Assembly (NCBI GenBank): GCA_964016885.1
Contig: OZ024744.1
Span: 38,254,001-38,318,000, forward strand
Reading direction: 5' to 3'
Length of the DNA stretch: 64,000 nt
From: Eledone cirrhosa
Lineage: Eukaryota
The position numbers and the translations under genes were made by a program. Below are positions 13,781 to 24,974 of this stretch, one piece after another. The first letter of the stretch is position 1. Each line of letters opens with the position of its first letter. Under the pieces are notes generated by a model, which saw only the letters and a program-made list of their open reading frames with translations, was not told the DNA's origin and ran no database searches.

Positions 13781-14347
13781 AGTGAGTAAATAAACAAATA
13801 AGTGAGTAAAACGATGGATAGATAGATTTTAAAAAAAAATATATATATATATATGTAGAATAAAAAGAATAAGAAAACAAATGATAATGATAGAAAAAAA
13901 ACCTAGGTGTGACGGAGATAAAGGGACCCTTATGCGGGGTATAAGTGCGTGTATCGTACGGTGACGGGTCAACAGAGGGGGGGGTCGGAATACTACAGAG
14001 ACCACCACGAAAAAAATAAATAAATAACGGTTTCTACCCCAAACACCGGGCCAGCAACCACCCAGTGCAAGAAAGTAGACTAGTACGAGAATGTAATTCA
14101 GGGTCCCGCAAAAAAATACTGGTGCTAACTCTAAGGGTACCGCCACGAAACAAAATGTCTTATACAAGCTACAAGAAAAGTCGTACGAATTAAAAATAAA
14201 GAACGGAAAATTAATACAGGAAAAAGGGAGAAAAGGGAAAAAGGGAAAAAGAAAGAGATACTGGATCGATAAAAAAAAGTGTAAAGGAAGATCTTACGTC
14301 TCCATAGGCAAGCAGGGTTACCCATTACAAAATAGGCAAGTGGGGTG

Positions 14348-15924
14348 TTATAGGCTACCCCCCCCCCTCCCCAGGTCATTATGGGGTTTGAGGGCGACGT
14401 AAGTCCTACGTAATCGGTGTTTACATGCAGTAACCAGTTCATCTTTCTTGTTAAGGAGTTGGTCCGTCGAAAACAGCATTTGTAATGTTTCCTCCGAGCA
14501 TAAATTGCACGGACGGCGTCCTCCCGTGTAGGAGTTGGCTCTGGACAGTAATTTCCAAGTGAGATCATAGTTGATGTTGTTGTCCTTGAGGTCCCATACG
14601 TGGCCCGAAAGTGTGGTGGCGTGACGCCGGGCCGGGTTTCGGAAGGTATGTTTGTGTTGGTATAGCCGGGTCTTGAAGTCGCATGCGGTCAATCCTATAT
14701 AAGCTTTGTTGGAGATGTCCGAGCTCACGTTGCACTGGTAGATCACATTACGATCTCTGCATCTGTTGTCGAGGGGGCAACTTGATCTATCAGGACAGTT
14801 GCACCTCCTGGTCGGCTCTCCACTGCTATTTGGGTTGTTTCTTCCATCGGGGTTGAGTTTTTTGTTGTTGGAGGAGACGATGTTTTGTGCGAAGTTAGGT
14901 GTAGTGCTGTAAGAGAGTTTGATGGTATTTTTGTTAATTATGTTGTGGTAGCGGTGTTGTGGTGGGAAGTGTTTTTCCATGAGCCTGAAGAAAATATTCC
15001 CGATGGGAGTTGTCACCTCGGCGTTGTGGGGAGGATTGAACCATGTTACATTTCGTGAGCGGCGGTGTCGCCTGCTGGTTCCGCTAATGGGAGCTGGACA
15101 GTAGGATATTTCCTCCCGGAAACCACTCCGCTTGATGGCCTGGTTGTAGTAAGGCGCGTGTTCATCGAATATCCTCTCATTAGCTGACAAACGGGATATA
15201 CGGAGGGAGATGTTTGTGACCAGGTTGTTGGTGATGTTCCTGGGATGGTTAGATCGGCGGTGGATGTAGTGCAGGTTGTCATTGGGTTTCCTGTATGGGT
15301 AGTACAGGTCATTGTTGAGATCGAGGGTAACGTCCAGGAAATTAACTCGGGTCAGGGACGTCTGTAGGGTTATTTTAAATCCCCAGTCGCGGAAGAAGCT
15401 GATTAATTGTTTACGGACCCGGTCTGTAATACTGGGGTTGTACCCTTTAAGGGTAAGGAGCCCATCATCACGGTACAATCCTCCACCAAAAGCCGGAAAC
15501 ATATCGGTGAGTTTGGCTATCAGGAATAATCCTATAAGATCTGTGAACTCCGCCGAGTCGGTAGCGCCCATGCTGACGTCGAAGGGTGAGTCGGGAGCTC
15601 TTTTTATCCATTTGGAGTTGTCAAAGAGTAAGACTGTCTTCCTGGCGTGGAGGATGATTTTTCTTTCCTGGTCGGTGATGGGCACAAGTGCTTCGGCGAA
15701 GTCCAAGGCGGCAGTGAGTAGCGGTAAGGTAATTGAAGTGTAGTAGCTCTCTATGTCGAACTGGATAAATTTAGTGTCTCGTTTATCCTCCAAATTGCTG
15801 AACCATGAGACAACTTCCTGGGTGTTAATCCATAGGCTAAGTCGGGCGTGTTGCTTGACTTTAGGTATCACGCGGTCTAGGATTTTTTTGCTGATTCTCC
15901 CTATGTCGGACTTTGTTGGGTTTA
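14348..15924 (-). CDS. PLE RT plus GIY-YIG, 5'-truncated but uninterrupted
   Basis: QFDIESYY, DVSMGATDSA, GLYRDDGL, TWFNPP, CNC..CPLDNRC, VIYQC..YIGLT..FKTRLYQH, CNLC. Confidence 0.9.
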
Positions 15925-16312
15925 TTTTCTCCCTTTTTCCTGTATTAATTTTCCGTTTTTTTATTTTTAATTCGTACGACTTTTCTTGTAGCTTGTATAA
16001 GACATTTTGTTTCGTGGCGGTACCCTTAGAGTTAGCACCAGTATTTTTTTGCGGGACCCTGAATTACATTCTCGTACTAGTCTACTTTCTTGCACTGGGT
16101 GGTTGCTGGCCTGGTGTTTGGGGTAGAAACCGTTATTTTTTTTTTTTTCGTGGTGGTCTCTGTAGTATTCCGACACCCCCCCCCCCTCTGTTGACCCGTC
16201 ACCGTACGATACACGCACTTATACCCCGCATAAGGGTCCCTTTATCTCCGTCACACCTAGGTTTTTTTTCTATCATTATCATTTGTTTTCTTATTCTTTT
16301 TATTCTACATTA

Positions 16313-16343
<31 letters not shown>

Positions 16344-16825
16344 TAAATCTATCTATCCATCCTTTTACTCACTTATTTGTTTATTTACTCACTTATGTAT
16401 TTCTTGTGGAATATTATTTACGTATTTCTTATTTACTTATGTGGAATATTACTTATGTATTTCTTATTTACTTATGTGGAATATTATTTACGTATTTCTT
16501 ATTTACTTATGTGGAATATTATTTATGTATTTCTTATTTACTTATTTATGTATTTCTTCAGCCCATTTCTTAGTAACCAGATTCCGCTTATATTTCTTTT
16601 CTCTCTCAGTACCTTTTACAGTTTTACATTTTCATCGTTCTACTTACCGTATTGACCTCCTCCCCCTCCCCTGCCTCCTCTTTGACCTCACACCCAGCTG
16701 TAGCTGGCACCACCAACGCATGAATGGGTCTACTCCGCCCCCTCTCCCCTTTTCTCCTACTGGCAGGTTTGGCTACCTCCCCCACCAACTTGCCATCGCT
16801 GAATTACTACTACCTTGTGGGATGA

Positions 16826-16916
16826 CCAATCCTGGTGATTATCTCTTTGACCATATATGGAATTGCCCCTTGACAAGTTCGGCTATTTAAATACCAGAAC
16901 TGATTTTTCATTCAGT
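16826..16916 (+). promoter_or_regulatory. Candidate pLTR core promoter (CCAAT, TATA, Inr)
   Basis: CCAAT 16826, TATTTAAA 16884-91, TCAGT 16912-16 (28 nt after the TATA); mirrored at about 13095-13185. Confidence 0.45.
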
Positions 16917-17069
16917 ACAGAATTAGCCGTCGAAACGGCTTGAGCTCAGCCGTCGGGGTCTTACTTACTCCTATTACCCACTCTACTACCCTAAGTATTG
17001 AGTACTTTGGTGCGTTATGGTCCACCTGGTTCCTTACCACTTTTCTCTCGCTATATATATATATATATA

Positions 17070-17590
17070 TAAGAAAATGTCCTATACGAGTGAAAGTATA
17101 AGGAAAAAAGATGAAATCGAAAATGCAACTGGAGTCTTTTTTAAAATATTTATTTGTTTCCTTTACCGGTTTTCACAGTTCTTGTGCTTTTCAAAAGTGG
17201 AATTGAGATGGAGGGTTTGTGGTTTTTCTCGCATCTGGTTGATGTTCGAATCTTACTTCTGTTTTATGTGGAAAAAAGTGGCTCGAAATGCTAGGTTTTT
17301 TTAGAAAAGTACTTATTCACGTGACAGTCATCAACCAACCAACTGACTTTTCTAAAAGCCTAGCATTGTCTATTGACACCTTCGACAAACCTACATTTGG
17401 CGCGAAACCAGTTCGCGCTTATTCACGTGACATTCAACAACCAACCAAATCTTAATACCTCCTTAGCCACTTTATTCACATAAAACAGGAAGAATTTCCA
17501 AAACTGATCAGATTAGAGCAAAAATCACGAACACTCTATCTCAAAATTATTTTTGAAAAGCATAAGAAATGCGCAACCGGTAAAAATTTA
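17070..17590. mobile_element. Solo fold-back of the pLTR family at 45556-48421, with two U3-A8 HHR motifs
   Basis: 17070-17305 matches 45556-45760 and the reverse complement of 63258-63440; diverged inverted copy at 17450-17588; HHR motifs at 17158-17200 (-) and 17547-17588 (+). Confidence 0.75.
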
Positions 17591-17721
17591 AAACTAAAAC
17601 TGAATACTAACTAATACTTATTACTAATTTATACTTATTCCTAATTAAACTATTTTTCACTGGGAAAAAATCTGTCAGCATTTTCTTTTCCTTCTCGTGT
17701 GTCACACCTCTATTTTTTTAA

Positions 17722-17871
<150 letters not shown>

Positions 17872-17902
17872 GTTAAAAAAGAAAATGTTCGTTCTACAAG
17901 GC

Positions 17903-18583
17903 TAGTGAAAATATATCCTATTTTCTAAAATATACAGTGACAGACAGTTGGCAGGTGAACAGTGAGATGTACTGATGAAGGGTGATACTCAGAAACATTA
18001 GTGCCTGCAGCTCTCTTTACATGCCAACACAAGAGCAAGAATGAAGTGTTCATTCTACTGACATGGCTATAAAAATGAGTCTTGTTTGCATAATTGCAAA
18101 CGAATCGAATGTTATTATTAATATTCGAAAAACTCAGATTACATTTATTGTATTCAGCCATGTAGAGCGAAAATTTTATTTTTTAATTTGAATTTGGTAA
18201 AGCCGGCCATTTATCGCTGGAATACAGGAAACTGACTGTCCAGTCTGCTGATATGCAAATCTGGCTGATCAGTGGATCTGCTAATATGCAGATCTAACTG
18301 ATCAGCCAGTCTACTAATATGCAAATCAGGCCGATCAGTAACTGTATATTTTAGAAAATAGCATATATTTTCACTAGCTCTCACAGTTGGCAGGTGGACA
18401 GTGAGGTGTACTGATGAAGGGTGATACCCAGAAACATTAGTGTCTTCAGTTCATTTACATGCCAGCACAAGAGTAAGAGTGAAGAGTTCATTCTACTGAC
18501 ATGGCTATAAAAATTAGGGTTGTTTGCATAATTACAAACGAATCGAATATTATTATTAATATTCGAAAAACTCAGATTACATT

Positions 18584-18590
<7 letters not shown>
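17903..18590 (+). mobile_element. ORF-less tandem dimer (period about 440 bp), one HHR per unit; retrozyme-like or solo pLTR
   Basis: 17945-18150 matches 18384-18590; HHRs at 17964-18013 and 18403-18452; three octamer-like repeats at 18241-18340. Confidence 0.7.
18403..18452 (+). ncRNA. Type I hammerhead ribozyme
   Basis: CTGATGA 18411-17, gggt-gat-accc stem II, GAAAC 18431-35, ACA-ttag-TGT stem III, GTC 18442-44. The sister copy at 17964-18013 has GCC at the cleavage triplet. Confidence 0.7.
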
Positions 18591-18629
<39 letters not shown>

Positions 18630-18632
<3 letters not shown>

Positions 18633-18895
18633 TATTTCACTTCAATTGGTCCCGCTCTCTTTAATATTGTACCAAAAGAGAAACAGACCCCATAAAGTTC
18701 AAGACGTCTTTGGACAAATCTCGGATAAACCACCTACACCTGGATATGTCTCCGTAAACAATAACTTTCTACTTGAGTGGGGGCCATGCTGTCCAAATTT
18801 TGATTTGAAAGACTTCGCTCGGTGTTACTATTACGTTAGATATTGCCGAGGCCAATACTGGCCGAAAACTATCAAAATTATCAAAGTTAAAGTTG
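18630..18895 (+). mobile_element. CR1-like LINE 3' end
   Basis: NYFTSIGPALFNIVPK, KFKTSLDK and DKPPTPGYVSVNNN across frames; short repeated tail atcaaaattatcaaagtt. Confidence 0.6.
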
Positions 18896-18898
18896 CAC

Positions 18899-18979
<81 letters not shown>

Positions 18980-19010
18980 CGTGTGTGTGTGTGTGTATGT
19001 GTGTGTGTGT

Positions 19011-19267
19011 GAAGTATTTCCGTAGAAAAGGTAAAGGAAAGAAGAGTGCTCTACGTATAATACAGAGTTATTTAATTATGTAATAAACAACACAATATAA
19101 TCATTCCATTATCCAAGGTTTCACGAAGCCAGACGACCCCAACAGGAGCGTTCGAAGTCGTTCATCAGAAGGAAAATGTTATAAGGATGTAAGATATAAA
19201 AGTGAGGCTGAAATAAAATAAAGTAACGGGAAAAATTATACACACTTGACGTAAAGTTAGTGGGTAA

Positions 19268-19299
<32 letters not shown>

Positions 19300-19770
19300 A
19301 TGTATGTGTGTGTGTGTGTGTGTAAACAGATATACATACACACATAGGCACACTTATATGAATATGTAAGTCCACACACACATACATATACATAAATAAA
19401 GCCATATACATATAGACACACGGAAGGATGTGTGATGTACATAAGCATGTATATATACACTTTAAAATGAAAGATAATAAAAGATTAAAAAATGATATAC
19501 ATAGGTACATAGGTATGACTAATGTTCAAACCTCGACGTTGAAACGACTACATGTATATATACGACCAGATAGGCAACAGTTAAAAGTAAAGTATAAAAA
19601 ATATAAAAATATACATATAAATTTATACACGCATACATACAGACAACCAGTCATGCGGCCAGACAGGCGGCCGGACAGGCATAAGTTAAAAAGTAAAAAT
19701 ATAAAAAGGAAAATATAAAATAAAAATTTAAAAAGAAATAAACATATAAATATATACACACATAAATAGA
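19011..19770 (-). mobile_element. Solo PLE pLTR with HHR at 19102-19178
   Basis: The end segment (gaagtatttccgtag..gagtgctcta) matches 6830-6900 and 30177-30230; minus strand CTGATGA-acga..tcgt-GAAACC-ttgg-ATA-atggaa. Confidence 0.7.
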
Positions 19771-19776
19771 TATATA

Positions 19777-19914
19777 CTAGCAGAAGGGCCCAGCGTTGCT
19801 TGGGATTTGCTCTAGGGTTCTTATATATTTGATATATATTTATCCTTATCGAGTCTCGTGAAATAAATACGTCTGTTTATATTTTGTTATTGTGTATGCA
19901 AAAATATCTGTATG

Positions 19915-19973
<59 letters not shown>

Positions 19974-20883
19974 ATTCTAAGGACATGATTATATATATAA
20001 TAATTCTAAGGACATGATTTATGTTATATATATATATATATATAACATAAATCATGTCCTTAGAATTATTAGATAAAATATATACCATTTCCTCTCCCAA
20101 TTAGCATAATTAACCATATAAAAAATCAATTAGACAAGGCTATAAGAATAAAGGCTCCTATGAAGAAATATTTGATAAATAACCGAAAGTGGCCTCTTCG
20201 CGGTGACCCCAATAGAGTATTTACCCAACATTTCAACAGCATGTAGAAACTGACTAAATATACCGTCAACCATACACAATTAGGTGTACATTTAAACTTA
20301 GAAGAAACGTGTACATACCGTAATTATATATATATAGGAAATAGTATGACCCCGACGGCTATTTCTGAACATTATGGTCCATCTGGTTCCTTACCACAAT
20401 TCCTTTGTTATGTGTATATATATATATATATATATTAAAATAACAGATTAAAGTTTAAGCAGAGAATCGCTGCTGTCACCCTTAACGGGATCTTCTGAAA
20501 CTAAGAAATCAATCTGTGAACGCAGAAGTAAATATTTCGAAAAACGTTACACATTATGTATATATACACACACTATATATACATATCTACACTCACACAC
20601 ATATAGCGTCATAATGTCGTAATGCAGACAGCCAGATATATTAAGGACACAACGTTATATGTATGTATCTATCTCAAAAGAGAAAGACTAAGAATTATGG
20701 AGAGAGAACGCTAAATCGCCTAATGCAGTCCCTAGGCATTGAAAATTTGAAATACCTTTTGCTCAAAACACTAACAGGACCATAAGCATTACATGTGTAA
20801 AGTCTGAAAACAATCAGTTGAGTGGTTCTCGAGTTTTAGGGAGTAAGACAGGCAGACAGACTTCTCTGTTTTAGATATATGGA
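19777..20883 (-). mobile_element. Non-autonomous Helitron-like element with nested fragments
   Basis: Minus strand begins A|TCCATATATCTAAAAC and ends cccaagc-aac-gctggg hairpin..CTAG|T; the 5' part matches 32957-33245. Confidence 0.6.
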
Positions 20884-21074
20884 TATATGAGCGCGTATAT
20901 GGTTCTGGCATGCAATGGGTCGGTAGTTTTTTTGCCAAGTGGGTGTCTTTGTTCTTGGGGACCAGTAATGGTTGTGCTAATGTCAACCATTCTGCTACAA
21001 GTGTATCTCCCTTAAGAATTTGTTGGTAGAGATACCTCCGATAGAATATCAGTATATGTATGTACACCTTACAC

Positions 21075-21522
21075 TGAAATGGAAGGTAAGGAAAGGAGAC
21101 TGTTCTGAACTGCCTGCTGTTGAACATCATCTGGTTTGCCAGTACTGTGGTCGAGTCTGCCTGAGTAAAGTTGGTTTGACTAGACATGAACAAAGTCATA
21201 TCAGTAGACCTCATGTAGATTATGATCTGAAAAGGTGTAAGGAATGTGGCAAGGAATGTGCTAGCATATATGTATGTATGTATCCATAAAAGCTTCACGG
21301 CACAGGCATCGCTTTATATCTGGAGATCTCTCTGCACTTGTCACATGGTACCATGGGCCCAGCACTATGTGTCAATAATTGTCACAAGTGTAGTGTTTGT
21401 ACCAGAGTTTTCAAGTCGCTAGCTGGACTAAAAAGTCACACTCGTTTAGCGCATCGGTAGGGATTCTCCTACATCGATATAAAGTAGTGACCGTACTCGA
21501 AAACGAGTTGGCAGCCACCATG

Positions 21523-21556
<34 letters not shown>

Positions 21557-21590
21557 TGTATGTATGTATGTATGTATGTATGTATGTGAT
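21075..21590 (+). mobile_element. RTE-type LINE 3' fragment with C2H2 fingers, followed by a family-B 3' end and (TGTA)n tail
   Basis: CQYCGRVCLSKVGLTRHEQSH, CKECGKEC; 21288-21520 matches 24105-24339. Confidence 0.65.
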
Positions 21591-21669
21591 GTAAGTAAAT
21601 GTAAAATGTAAAATATAAATAAGGATTGCTCTGGTAAAATATACTAAAATATTGTGTAACTAAATATTG

Positions 21670-22118
21670 CTGCTGATCGTAATAAATGGAGAAAGACTGT
21701 ATATGAGGGAAAAGTTGCCTTTGAGGCATCTCGAATCGCATACGAGAAAGTAAAGCGGGATGTGAGGAAGGGCATTGCTGTTGCACTTCCAGACGGTGAA
21801 GGTCCGCCTATGGTGTTGACATGCAGCGTCTGTGCGAGACTCTGCCTAAGCAAAGCTGGACACGAAAGTCATCTTCGCAGTCATAAAGTAAGACCAGTGG
21901 TTGACTACCAGGCTGCTGTTGGAGATGCTACTCATCATGCTTGCCAAACATGTGGTATAGAATGTAAATCAACAGGAGGGCTCAGGCGACATGCAAAAGT
22001 ACACGAACTCCAACCACAGCCGACTATTCCCACTGAATGTTTTGGTTGCCGACTCTGTGCAAGACATTTTAGATCATTGGCTGGGCTAAAAAGCCACATT
22101 CGATCGCAGCGCTGTTAG
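21670..22118 (+). pseudogene. RTE-type LINE C-terminus with three C2H2-like zinc fingers
   Basis: AFEASRIAYEKVKRDVRKG, then CSVC..H..H, CQTC..H..H and CRLC..H. Confidence 0.65.
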
Positions 22119-22332
22119 TTGCTATCGTGTGTGTGTGTGTGTGTGTATAGATATGTTTATGTGTGTGCGTGTATGTGTATATATATATGTATATGTATAT
22201 TATTATTGTTGTTGTCGTTATTATTATTGTTGTTATTATTATTATTATTGTTGTTATTAATGTATGTGTGCGTGTATATATGTGTGTGTGTGTGTATATG
22301 TGTATGTATATGTGTATGTATATATATATATG

Positions 22333-22418
<86 letters not shown>

Positions 22419-22602
22419 GTATAGAATTATCCAAGATGTAGTAATGGTTAATTACTACACTGGATATGGTTGACGTACGGTGAGAGGTTACTCTACGAGT
22501 TATGGAAGAATTGTTGAAGAAGCTTAGTTCCTGATCCTTCTGTATTCCGGAGTGTATATAAAGAATGAATAATAACAGGTAGACATCATAAAAAGGTAAT
22601 TT

Positions 22603-22726
22603 ATTCCGTGTGCTTACAAATGTTTCCACGGTGGTACTACAGCCTAGTTATGCTATGTGCAAATTTACAAGTATTTGCAGAACTCAAATATCCAATGCTG
22701 TGACCACTGTATCCTCAGAGCAGAAT
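22603..22726 (-). ncRNA. Type I hammerhead ribozyme, 85-nt stem II insert
   Basis: Reverse complement of 23373-23496. Confidence 0.7.
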
Positions 22727-23372
22727 GGTAAAATGTACAATGTAAATACCCTTAAGTGGGGTTGTTGGGGAAGATAGAGTAGAAAAGGAAGAGAGAAAAG
22801 TAGGGGAGAGGGAGAGAGAGAGAAAGATATGCAGGGGTTGGAGAAGTAGGAGAGAGTGGTTTGTAGATGTCTTAATCAAAATGTTATGGTAGGGGTTTTA
22901 TTATACTGGTTACTTTTGGAGAGATGCGTTGATAGTTAAGGTCGGAATTATTTATTGCCCCAGAGGGCAGGTTCATAGATGTGGAGAGGGAGGTAGGCCA
23001 AAGGCGAGAGAGAGTGTAATGGATGTAGAGAGAGAGGTAGAGAGGTGACAGACGAAGTTTATGTGGTGTGTGAACTTTGGCTTTGTAGTAGTAATCTACG
23101 AATTGCACTGAGTTACCATTTATAGTGATAAGCAGTGTATTGTCTTGTAGTGTGGGGGAAGAGAAGGTGGTTAGCTAGAAAGCGATGTTATAGTTACGGG
23201 TTCGAATGTTAAGTTATTTTATACTATAAAAGTTATTTTATACTATAAAATGTTAAGTTATTTTATACTATAAAATAACTTAACATTCGAACCCGTAACT
23301 ATAACATCGCTTTCTAGCTAATCACCTTCTCTTCCCCCACACTACAAGGATATTTACATTGTACATTTTACC

Positions 23373-23496
23373 ATTCTGCTCTGAGGATACAGTGGTCACA
23401 GCATTGGATATTTGAGTTCTGCAAATACTTGTAAATTTGCACATAGCATAACTAGGCTGTAGTACCACCGTGGAAACATTTGTAAGCACACGGAAT
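23373..23496 (+). ncRNA. Type I hammerhead ribozyme, 85-nt stem II insert
   Basis: tgct, CTGAGGA 23381-87, tac-a-gtggt-c-acagc...gctgt-agt-accac-c-gtg, GAAAC 23473-77, attt, GTA 23482-84, agca. Confidence 0.72.
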
Positions 23497-23535
23497 AAAT
23501 TACCTTTTTATGATGTCTACCTGTTATTATTCATT

Positions 23536-23599
<64 letters not shown>

Positions 23600-23730
23600 C
23601 TTTTTCTTTTTTTTATTTCTTTTTTTTTCTCCTCGTGCAATGGCCATACTCGATAACGAGGGGGCAGCCATCATGTATGTATGTATGTATGTATGTATGT
23701 ATGTATGTATGTATGTATGTATGTATGTAT

Positions 23731-24371
23731 GTCAGGTCACCAGTTGGTGCTACTGGTAACATGTATCCCAGTACAACCTGTCCCATGGTCGGGTCGTTGG
23801 CGACTAAACTGGCAACCCCACCAAGGTTTCTTGGTGAGGAGGGTGACTTTGGACATCCTGCAGGACTAAAAACAAAACCTGTCAAAAGGGCAAAGGAGCT
23901 CTTAAGAGTCAATGGCCATCCAAAATCACCGGGAGAGATGACCCCTTAGCCTTTGTCAAGGCAGAATTCTAGGAGAAGGAAAACTCTGATATAACACCTG
24001 CAACCCTGATGGTATCCAATGATGTTGACTTGTTCTCCTTTTTGGTAAATATCATCTTGGTTAAGAGAGTGGGGCTGGCTTTGTGCGGTGCCTTTGCTCA
24101 CTATTAAAGCTTCACGGCGCAGGCATTGCTTTATATCTGGAGATCTCTCTGCACTTGTCGTCACATGGTACCATGGGCCCAGCACTGTGACAATAATTGT
24201 CACAGGTGTAGTGTTTGTACCAGAGTTTTCAAGTCGCTGGCTGGACTAAAAAGTCACACTCGTTCAGCGCATCGGTAGGAGTTCTCCTACATGGATATAA
24301 GGTAGTGGCCGTATTCGAAAACGAGTTGGCAGCCACCATGTATGTATGTATGTATGTATGTATGTATGTAT
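23731..24371 (+). mobile_element. Bipartite non-autonomous RTE-derived element, family B, with (TGTA)n tail
   Basis: RTE-like 5' motif ggagaaggaaaactctg; the 3' part encodes a zinc-finger remnant [17 protein letters not shown]; 3' stem-loop ctcgaaaacgag-type; second copy at 61831-62208. Confidence 0.7.
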
Positions 24372-24974
24372 GATGTGTATATAAAACTTTTCAGCTTCCA
24401 GTGTCACCTTACATACGAATGCGTATAATAATACAGTTAATTTCTGAAAAGGCCAACAACAATAGTATGAATCTGAATGTTGCTAATATTAGCGGAATCT
24501 TGAAAGTAAATTCTTATCCATAATTTCTTCTTGTCCACATTATATTAAATCCTTTTTTTTATTTATTTCTGTATCATAAAAAATATTGATAAATAAATGA
24601 AATAAATCAATAAATGAAATAAAACAACAAATTTAATAAATAAATAAATAAATAAAATAATACTGTTTAAAAAAAACAACATTGAAATCTTTATTATAAA
24701 GTACCCGAAACAATGGTAACAGCAACTAAGACAATAAAAATAATATGAAAATTAAATAAAATATGTAATGGTTAAGGTTCAAAGCAGCCAATGATAGTCG
24801 GACAAAGCTTATGACGTTAACACCACCCGGTGAAAGTTATATTCTCCGAAGCTGAATGAATGTAAGGTAAGTACTTTAATATGGAATTATTCTCCTCGTT
24901 TTGTTTTATTTTCTATTTATTTTGTTAATAAATTTACTTCGAAATAATTTATTGGAGAATAAATCTTCGTATTA

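Larger units (their letters stand above)
13036..17052 (-). mobile_element. 5'-truncated Penelope-like element with inverted pLTR arms of about 1.1 kb
   Basis: 13036-14234 is the near-identical reverse complement of 15925-16974; the ORF lies between; (TA)n flanks. Confidence 0.92.
22417..23538 (-). mobile_element. PLE 3' UTR/pLTR fold-back without ORF
   Basis: 22555-22748 is inverted at 23351-23540; 23146-23250 is inverted at 23262-23347; (TA)n flanks. Confidence 0.75.

Noticed and set aside
13119-13880. 253-aa hydrophobic repeat ORF
   Set aside because: Product of the 39-bp minisatellite in a pLTR; length differs between the two arms.
16925-16960. agccgt-cgaa-acggct hairpin containing GAAAC
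   Set aside because: No CTGANGA partner or stem I; a conserved hairpin only.
23735-23815. Possible HDV-like ribozyme at the RTE-derived 5' end (ccagt/actgg, CTAA)
   Set aside because: I could not build P1, P3 and L3 by hand; needs a family consensus and a descriptor search.
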